Assembly (NCBI GenBank): GCA_964019335.1
Contig: OZ025669.1
Location: 496,001-560,000 of the forward strand
Direction: 5' to 3'
Length of the DNA: 64,000 nt
Source of the DNA: Diplonema japonicum
Taxonomy: Eukaryota; Protista; Euglenozoa: Diplonemea
How positions within the stretch are numbered: the first letter of the stretch is position 1; every line of letters starts with the position of its first letter. The notes below the pieces were generated by a model that ran no database searches, was not told the origin of the DNA, and worked only from the letters and a program-made list of their open reading frames with translations. Below, in pieces: positions 56,432 through 64,000 of this stretch. The translations under genes and the position numbers were made by a program.

Positions 56432-58564
56432 TCACAGCTTGCCTGCCATGTCAACAAGACTCTTCGGCAGCAGCTCTTCAGGGAAGAGTTCTCCCGCGGC
56501 GAGAGCGTCGCAGGTCTTACAGATGTCAAAAGCGATTTCAGGTGTGATCTTTGAGTCTTTCTGGTAGGTAGGGTGCTCCAGGACGAATTTTCTTAGGTAC
56601 TGTGCAGAGGTGAGGAGTGTTCCGTTGGCCCTGCGCTTGAGAAGCTCGAGGTAAGCGTTGACCCTCTTCTCAGAAGCGAGCCATGCTTTCTTCTCTTCTG
56701 AGGATTTCCCATCGTGTTCCTCCTTCTTTGCCTCAGCGACGTATCGGTTCACAATAGAGATAAGCCCCTCGAAGTGGTCACAACCGTTGAAAATCTCATC
56801 GACTGACATTTCACAGAACTCCACCTTAGCAGGGTTCTTCAGAATGTCAAGCTTACCGATGTTCTTCTGCATGATGAACTTCTTTGTTGTAATAGCGTCT
56901 TTAATGTGCGCCCGTGCTGTGTTGGTGTCAACCTTCGTCAAGGGGATGTAAAAGTCCAAATCAAAGGCGATGATCGCACGCGCCAACAGAATCGTGAACA
57001 CGATGTAAGCTGCGTTCTCAAAGTTCGACATCTGAGCGTCCATCATACGGAACTCGACACGCCATCCAATGTCGGTGCCTGCGGCCTTCGCCGGGGGGGG
57101 CTTGAACCGCATTGACTGCCAGTTCGTCGACTGGATGTTCTCGAAGTGGTCGGACTCCCTCGCGTCTTCCAACTGATGCAGCCTGCCCGAGTAAATCACC
57201 AGCGGGTCCCTGATGAACAGATGAGAAACGTGTCTCGCCAGTCTGTGGTCGATGGATGCCTCGCGAAGCCTCTTGTAGACACCCTCATCCACGTGGAGGT
57301 CGATGTCATTCATCTTCGCGAAGTAGTTGTCCGCCGGTCTCGTGCTGATGTACGTGCTCACCGAGTCGTACCTGGATTTCATGATCTTCGGGACCTCTTC
57401 TTCGGTCCTGTCGTCGACCGACTCCGAAATAACCATCCACCTCACATCGATCTCGCTGAGCAGTCCCTTGTGGATCGGGGTTGCTGCCGAGATAGCCAAC
57501 ATGATAGGGCACAGAACCGCGAGCTGATCGTACACGTGACGAGCTTGGTCCAGTTCCTTCGCTTGGAAAGTTGTTTGCAGGCAGTTGCATCCCATCCCGA
57601 AGGCCATGCAGTCCATGTAGATGGACGGGTGCGCAGCGCTGCTCTCGGTGTGCTTCTGTGCCACGATGTCCTTCGACTCCGCCTTGTCGAAGTACTGTGC
57701 GAAGTAGTACATAGTGGGGGTCACGTTGGGCTTCAGGTCGTCGCGTGTCGAGTTGTCGGTCTTCTGCTTCTTGGGTGCAGGGTCCGCCGCAGCGTCGTCA
57801 TCATCATCATCATCATCGTCGTCAGGAGTCGTGGACGTGAGGAGCTTGTTCTGCAGGTTGCCGTCGATGTTGAGGAAGGGGTCGACCTTCGTGCGTTCAT
57901 CAACAAAGAGAGGGACCCTGATGGAGACCTTCTTGTTCCTCCTTTTGCGGATGTTTGCCGTGAGGGTGCCGAACCTGGGGTGGGGGTTGATGCAATTGTC
58001 GGGCACGAAAAGAGAGTGCGATGCCGGGCCTTTCGGCACGCCCGCGGGGGTGGTGAAGTCAGAGGTGCCTGTTCTGGGATCGATGGTTCCCATACGGGGG
58101 AAGTTCACAAGCGTGAGGGGAACCACATCATCGGGGAGGTGCTTCTTGAGCATCTCCCTCCTGGTGACCAGGGACTTTTCGCAAGAAGCGATCGACGCAA
58201 GAGTGTGCGTGTAGGGGTTGGCAGGGGTCCCCTCAATCATGAATGACGCATACTCAGGCCTCCAAAGACCCTCAAGCTTGTCTAAAGTGTTGTTTTCCTT
58301 GGCCTCATCCTCGAGCTTGTTCAGCTGCTCCAGGGGCTCGCCGGCGTGAAGCCAGAGCTTGGCGTTCTTTGTCTTCGGGTCGAGCTTCACAAGCTGATAT
58401 TCCACCTCGTCCCCCCACAAAAATGGCCTGTTCACTTCGCCCTTGTAGTTGCTGTACAGTGCCAGGAACTGGTCGATCCCGTGCTCCAGCACATACTTCA
58501 CCGCAGCTTTGTTCTCCTCAGAGTCCCACGCAATGGGGTACCCAGCGTTCGTAAGCAGGCCCAT
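56432..58564 (-). CDS. GSH1: Glutamate-cysteine ligase catalytic subunit (gamma-glutamylcysteine synthetase)
   Basis: MGLL, LWGDEVEY, WRPEY, HPRF, IYMDCMAFGMG..CLQ.TFQ, KSRYDS, HLFIRDP, HFENIQSTNWQ, GWRVEFR. Confidence 0.97.
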   Translation of the reverse strand: MGLLTNAGYPIAWDSEENKAAVKYVLEHGIDQFLALYSNYKGEVNRPFLWGDEVEYQLVKLDPKTKNAKLWLHAGEPLEQLNKLEDEAKENNTLDKLEGLWRPEYASFMIEGTPANPYTHTLASIASCEKSLVTRREMLKKHLPDDVVPLTLVNFPRMGTIDPRTGTSDFTTPAGVPKGPASHSLFVPDNCINPHPRFGTLTANIRKRRNKKVSIRVPLFVDERTKVDPFLNIDGNLQNKLLTSTTPDDDDDDDDDDAAADPAPKKQKTDNSTRDDLKPNVTPTMYYFAQYFDKAESKDIVAQKHTESSAAHPSIYMDCMAFGMGCNCLQTTFQAKELDQARHVYDQLAVLCPIMLAISAATPIHKGLLSEIDVRWMVISESVDDRTEEEVPKIMKSRYDSVSTYISTRPADNYFAKMNDIDLHVDEGVYKRLREASIDHRLARHVSHLFIRDPLVIYSGRLHQLEDARESDHFENIQSTNWQSMRFKPPPAKAAGTDIGWRVEFRMMDAQMSNFENAAYIVFTILLARAIIAFDLDFYIPLTKVDTNTARAHIKDAITTKKFIMQKNIGKLDILKNPAKVEFCEMSVDEIFNGCDHFEGLISIVNRYVAEAKKEEHDGKSSEEKKAWLASEKRVNAYLELLKRRANGTLLTSAQYLRKFVLEHPTYQKDSKITPEIAFDICKTCDALAAGELFPEELLPKSLVDMAGKL

Positions 58565-59374
58565 GTTTCTTTTACCACCTGGGGATATTCTTTTTATTGT
58601 TACTATTCAAATCAGCGCATAAAAGCTTTTTTAAAAAAAAATTGGAGAAAGACGTGACAGCACATAAAAGAAAACATCCGCCACAGGAAGATAGGTATCA
58701 ATTGAGTAGAAACAAAAATAATTCGATGTTTTAACGTCAAGGTGACAAAAGTCAAACAGCGCTCAGCACGACCACCACAGTCGCCTCCAAGTGTACCACA
58801 AAGTAGGGGGGGGGGGGGGGGGGGGGTGTTTGTAGTCAAACGACACATTGAAGTGAGTTTCAATTCTTTTCAAAGTTTGTATTCTTGTTCCAGCATGAAT
58901 ACAAAAAAAAAAAACAAAAAAACATAGTATCCAGGGTTAACCGATCACCTTCGGGTCAGCCGTGGACGCGGTGTTCTCCTCGATCGACGCCAAGTTCGGA
59001 GATGCGTCGCGTCCGCCTCACACCAGACGTACGAAGGCAGCTGTTGTTCTTGTACCTGAACCAGGTCATCAGCGGTGCTCTGTCTTCGTCTGACAGGCAC
59101 CATGTTCTCAGGCACGCCGGGTTGCAAGCAGGGAGGTAAGAAATTGGGCGTTCATCGCTATGTGCGTGCATTCAGTTCTCTGAGTTCTCTAAAAAAAAAA
59201 TTCTTTATGACTACATGTTGTTCGCACGAGAAAAAAACTTTTTTTTTTAAAAAAGCTGCGAAGGTCTTTTTTTTTTCTTCTTTTTTTTTTTCCCCCTCTT
59301 TTTTTTTTCTCGGCACAAGTTGCATAGTTAAAGAATCATTTATTGAAAGATAAACATTTTTTGAACGAAGGAAC

Positions 59375-59409
<35 letters not shown>

Positions 59410-59437
59410 GGTTATGGAGCAAACAACTTTGGTTCTC

Positions 59438-60223
59438 CTAAAGCAGAGTCCCGTAGCAAGCGCTGCCGTGGCAGTCTGGGAAAGGGAGGGTGTTGGGCCA
59501 AACCATGCCGGGTGAGGTGAGCAAGTAGTCTACATCGAGGCCTGTACCAGAGGCAAAGACCAATTCAATGTAAAACCCTGTCCACCCCTCCTCCCTTTCA
59601 GGAACGGATGCTTGGTACTTTCCGGGTGCCACCTCAGTGAGGTCCTCGCTATACCAGAAAATAGGGACAAAACAGTTCCCCCCAAAAACAGGGTTCGGCA
59701 GAGTTTCTTCAGGCGGTGTACAGGCTCCGTTCTGTTCGTTTGCGAAGCGGACCCATCTGAAGTCCCTCCTTGTGGTGCTGAAGGTGTCGGCGTACCGCAG
59801 TGAGACATTTTTGAGGGTCTGTCCTGAAGGGACGTCGACAGAAATGACACCATTGTCGAAGTCTAAACTTGACGTGAAGACAGGACGTGCCGCTGCTGTG
59901 TAGACAGGGTTGTAGAAGCATGTCATCGTCTCATATGTTACTCGAAGCCCCGTCTGCAAAGAGTGGTCAGCATTCCCGATGATGGTGAGGTGCTTCTCGC
60001 CAGTCATGTTGCCCCACCAGATATTCGTCCATTCAAACATCATGAACTCATCATCACTGCTGACTATCACATTGATGGGCAGCCTGCTGAGCCGCTGCAC
60101 GTAGTTCGGCTGGATGGGGTCCACGATCTTCAAAAGATTTTGAAACCCCGGTGTGTCAATATTTGCGGTGATGTTGGCGGCGTAGTAGTCAGCGAAGGCG
60201 AATGTCCACCCGCCATACGCCAT
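59438..60223 (-). CDS. PqaA/AprA-like alpha/beta-hydrolase, C-terminal half only (possible pseudogene)
   Basis: YGGWTFAFADYY, IVDP, DEFM, GEKHL.II.NADH, RRDFR, GWTGFYIEL.F, PNTLPFPDCHG..CYG.LL. No upstream exon visible in 60224-61400. Confidence 0.7.
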   Translation of the reverse strand: MAYGGWTFAFADYYAANITANIDTPGFQNLLKIVDPIQPNYVQRLSRLPINVIVSSDDEFMMFEWTNIWWGNMTGEKHLTIIGNADHSLQTGLRVTYETMTCFYNPVYTAAARPVFTSSLDFDNGVISVDVPSGQTLKNVSLRYADTFSTTRRDFRWVRFANEQNGACTPPEETLPNPVFGGNCFVPIFWYSEDLTEVAPGKYQASVPEREEGWTGFYIELVFASGTGLDVDYLLTSPGMVWPNTLPFPDCHGSACYGTLL

Positions 60224-61400
60224 CAAGGGTTAGAAGTTTCTTTTTAAACATGGTTTCCCCTGCGATATGTTTACGGAAAGGAGAAGGTCAAAAAAATGGG
60301 GAAAGAAAGAAAAAAAAAGAAAGAAAAAAACACGAGGCAGGACCATAAGCAATATAACACTGAATAGGGGAAAGGGATGGGATAGAAAGAAAAAGGGAAA
60401 AAAAAAAAGTGCAAAATAAAAAAAAATAAAAAAGAGGGGATATCTTGTTTCAAAAAAAAAAATTCTTTTTTTCTCATTGGAAAATCATTAATGTCTACAT
60501 AACATTGACTTTTCCAGGATTTCTTTTCGTTTTGAGAGAAACAAGGGGGAGGGGGATATAAAAGGAAAGGTGTTATAAAAAAAAAAAAAAGACCAATCAG
60601 TCAGTGTCCTTTTTTTTTCTCTTTTTTTTTTGATAGAGGGGTTTTGTTTTGTCTCTCTCTTTTTCTTCTTTTCCTCCCCTCCCCTTCTCTTCTTTAACGG
60701 CATCAACAAAAAAAAAAAAAAAATAACTATCTTCCTCCCCCTTCACCTTTCTTAATAACTCTAAACAAAGTTTGAGAACGGGTGGAAACAAAAAAAAAAA
60801 AGAAAAAAAAAAAAACCAGTGAAGTTTAACCATATAAAGGAGTAGATTGAGCTGTGTCGCATTGTTAAGCTACCCACTTATTGTGCATAGGCAACAAAAA
60901 AAAACCCCCGAAAAAAGGTTTACACGAAAAGCCTCTGAATGCTATCGGTAGTACAGCAAAACAAAATAAAAAAACAAGAGATGGGCAAGGGGAGGAAGAG
61001 GGAGAAAGAAAAAACACAAAAAAAAGGGGGGGGAGGCCGGTCATAGATCGGGGAGGGGCTCAACTGTTATTTCTATCATAAAAGACGTATTCTCTCGGTA
61101 CACGCTCCCTTTCTTCCCTCACTTTTTCTTTTTTTCTCCTTCTTCGGGGTATAATTGCCATTGCGTAAGAAAGGAAAAAAAAAAACACAGATTTGGTCGT
61201 TAATAACCCCCCTTCATCTATAAACAGTAGAGAGGGAATCGCAGGGAGAAAAAAAAAAAAAAAAACTGTACAAGCAGAATGGGGAGGGATGGGGAAAAGG
61301 GACACAAAGAAAAAAAATTCTGGGCATTAAAAAAAAAAAGAAAATATGACACCAGGGACTTTCTTTCTCTTCTTTTTTTTTTGATTTTTTTTTTTTTTTT

Positions 61401-61822
61401 TTACTTTTTGCCCGGCGACCCGGATCCCGAACGTGCAGGTGATTTCTCTTGCTTCTTCTTATGTTTCAGAACAGAGTTATTGAAGTTCTCCACGAAGTTT
61501 TGAAGTTGCGACACCCACTCAGCTGCGCCCGATATGTCAGCTGGCTCTCCAAAATACGTCAGGATCTCTTCAATGTTCTTTTGCGCAGCACTCCAAGAAG
61601 CCTCTAGGGCATCCGCTTTTGGACCACATTTCTTTACGTGGTTTGAAAGAGTTTTGGGAAGACCATCACCAGCCTCAATCGGTTCTCGGATAGACTCTCG
61701 CTTGCACTTTTCCATTTTTCTTTTGATGTCTTCCACATCCTTCGTGACGGACTCCAAGTCAAGCGCGAGGAACGGCTTGAAGCTGGGAAGCGTTGAAGAA
61801 AAGGTACATAGGGTCTCGTCCT

Positions 61823-61853
<31 letters not shown>

Positions 61854-63797
61854 CCCATACCGTGTTATGCACATAACTCACAGCCCAATCAAGAAGAGAC
61901 GCACCGTCGGCTGCCTTGAGACCGGTCAATTTTTCCAAGTCACCGATTCGGACGCCCTTTGCACCGGCCTGGGCGCTACCTATGTTAAGGTAGTTTCCTA
62001 ACGCCAGGATAATCTTTAAAACCCCTGCTAGACCCTCGCATTTTTTGATACCCCTGCATGTGGCCTGCACGGTCTCAACAGCACCCTCTGCTAAGCTGCT
62101 CGCCTGCTGGTAGTCCAGCATCTCAACCCAGCAACTCAGACGCTCCTGTGTGGAAAAAAATGGTTTTTTTTTTTTTCTTTTTTTTTTTTTTAAAAGAACT
62201 GATTTGAAATACTAACCTCATATCTCGGGAAATTCGCAACCATCGCAAAGAACTGCACGGCCGCCGACGACTTGTCGATCTCTTCCTTTGGCGTTGCCTG
62301 GATTTTCTTCAGTTCCTCCGGCTTGGGTTGGATGCTGATCAGCCCCTGTATCATGTCGAGGCCGAAGTCCTCATCATCAGGATCCTGTGGAATGCTTGAA
62401 ATGAATAACAATCACACACCATGGCCAGCAGGCTCTCCCTCAACTCCGACAGACTCAACTTCATGAACTTCAACACGATACCCACGTTCTGCTCCCTGGC
62501 ACCATCCAAAATCGCCACCTTAGGTGCTTCCTTCGGTGGGCCTTTTGCTGCTGCCTTCTTTGCGGGCTTCTTTGCAAAGGCGACGTCCAGGTTGGACATC
62601 ATGTCCTTCGAGAGGACGTCCTTGTCGGAGGCAAGGTTCTGTGTGCGTTGTCGTCAGTGGGCTGCATACCTTGACACCCCAGATGGTGTTCTCGATTTGG
62701 TTTTCGTGTATCTTCTTCCAGAAAACGGCCTTTGTTTTGGAGGGAGGCCCTGCTGCCTTCTTCCCAAAGAAAGGCATAGGGGGCATTCCTTTCCCACCGG
62801 CCGGAGGTCGCGGGCACCCAGGCAGCGAAGGAGGCGGTGGGATACCTGCACCAGGCGGCGGAGGGGGACCACCCGCACCAGGGGGTGGTGGGGGAACGCC
62901 TGCACCAGGGGGTGGTGGGGGAACACCTGCACCAGGGGGCGGTGGGGGGGCACCACGACCAGGCGGCGGAGGTGGGGCACCAGGAGCCCGTGGCGGAGGC
63001 GGTGCACCAGGCGCAGGAGGTGGGGGCGGTGCACCAGGCGCAGGAGGCGGTGGCGGTGCACCAGGTGCAGGAGGCGGGGGTGGTGCACCAGGCGCAGGCG
63101 GCGGGGGCGGTGCACCAGGGGCTGGCGGTGGTGGAGGAGCACCAGGAGCCGGCGGTGGAGGCGGAGCAGGTGCGGCAGCTGGTGGCGGGGGCGGAGCAGG
63201 CGCGGCAGCTGGTGGTGGAGGCGGAGCAGGCGCAGCAACTGGTGGTGGAGGAGCAGCTACAGGCGCAGGAGGCGGGGGCGGTGTGACCTTAGGCGCAGGA
63301 GGAGGAATAGGTGTGGGGGTAACTGGCTTAGGTTTGGGTTGCAGTTTTGGAGGGGAAGTAGTCACTGTGACGGTGGCCTTCAATGGGTCCTTGTGCGTCC
63401 CTGACTTCATGTTGCTTTTGAGGCCATCAGACTTAGTCACGTTCCCTGCGTTCCTCATGCCCGATGGGGGTGCCGCTTCGTCGCTGCTGTCATCAGAGTC
63501 GTCAGACAATTCAATGCGATGAAGTGTGCGAGTGGTTTGAGAAAAAATGGCCTGCGACATGGAGAAGGCGTTGGCTCTACGCTCCTGTCTGTAGTCGTCA
63601 TCGTTGCCCATGTTGTCGGTCTGCATCAGATACAGCACAGCCTTCTGCGTGTCGTCGTCGCACAGCTCCAGCGCGTTCATAATGGTCTCAATGGAGGGCC
63701 TTGTAAAGAGATCTCTCTTCAGCTTCTTTGCTTCCTCCTCACGGCTCGTCGCCTTCAAACCACCAAAACCGCCCTTCAAATTGGCACCCAGCATCAT
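61401..63797 (-). CDS. Formin (FH1-FH2); introns 62639-62669, 62385-62419, 62146-62216, 61821-61860
   Basis: Poly-Pro FH1; FH2 motifs KAVFWKKI..TIW, ILDGAREQNVGIVL, PRYE|ERL, ILALGNYLN.G..AKG..L.KL; four introns restore the frame. 5' end may extend further. Confidence 0.9.
62825..63310 (-). repeat. Coding tandem repeat (PPPPAPGAP/PPPPGAG)n = formin FH1
   Basis: Imperfect 27-bp units visible directly. Confidence 0.9.
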
Positions 63798-64000
63798 TTT
63801 GTTTTGCCTACGCCCAAGGGACGCTGGTTATTTTTTTACCTGTAATGTGTTTCAGTAGCAGAAAGGAAACAAGTCAAAACCCGAGCCATCCGAAGGCACG
63901 AAGGGGCAAGTGATTTAACAATACATCTAGGGATAAACAAGTGGGGTTGGTTCTACTCAATCTAAAAGTCTTCCCAGCACCTAGCTGGACAGGAGGTACA

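Noticed and set aside
58937-59155. - strand frame from ATG with four in-frame TGA ending in TAA (selenoprotein?), and CTTACCT resembling the U1 snRNA 5' end
   Set aside because: No redox motif or SECIS identified, and the TGAs fall at NNT-GAN junctions of another open frame. For U1, spacing to stem-loop I is wrong and no Sm site is present.
62421-63522. Gly-rich and Arg-rich + strand ORFs of about 330 aa
   Set aside because: Reverse complement of the formin FH1 poly-proline repeat.
101-63913. Numerous + strand ORFs (e.g. 57146-58246, 50926-51882, 30747-31553, 9614-10351)
   Set aside because: Antisense shadows of well-supported - strand genes; no recognisable motifs.

Overview
Eukaryotic nuclear DNA, most likely a diplonemid (Euglenozoa). 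This is an inference from three features: all ~29 supportable genes lie on the - strand (directional gene cluster), the genes carry GT-AG micro-introns, and there is a prokaryotic-type AceE with a mitochondrial presequence. Intergenic DNA is homopolymer-rich. Genes include a T7-like mitochondrial RNA polymerase (missed by the ORF track), two ankyrin proteins, two Gfo/Idh/MocA dehydrogenases next to a 2OG-Fe(II) oxygenase, four J-domain genes, an inactive RNase III-like protein, a stand-alone triple-HIND protein, a PAN/C-type-lectin protein, a two-lipoyl BCKDH-type E2 next to an EF-hand-AceE fusion, a bromodomain protein, a membrane-anchored FAD oxidoreductase, a BTB-beta-helix protein, COG6, a twin-CX9C protein, two METTL24-like paralogues, GSH1, a 5'-truncated PqaA-like ORF and a formin. 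Mobile DNA: a deleted pogo-like transposon inside an intron and a candidate MITE. Main highlights: (i) the EF-hand-AceE plus dual-lipoyl BCKDH-E2 pair, a candidate Ca2+-sensing hybrid pyruvate dehydrogenase; (ii) 26 inferred introns, 25 of them 31-81 nt simple-repeat introns, often with poly(A) before the AG, all in the 3' half of their CDS; (iii) a dispersed ~40-nt hairpin motif; (iv) a free-standing triple-HIND protein. All splice models were inferred by eye, and homopolymer lengths may be unreliable.
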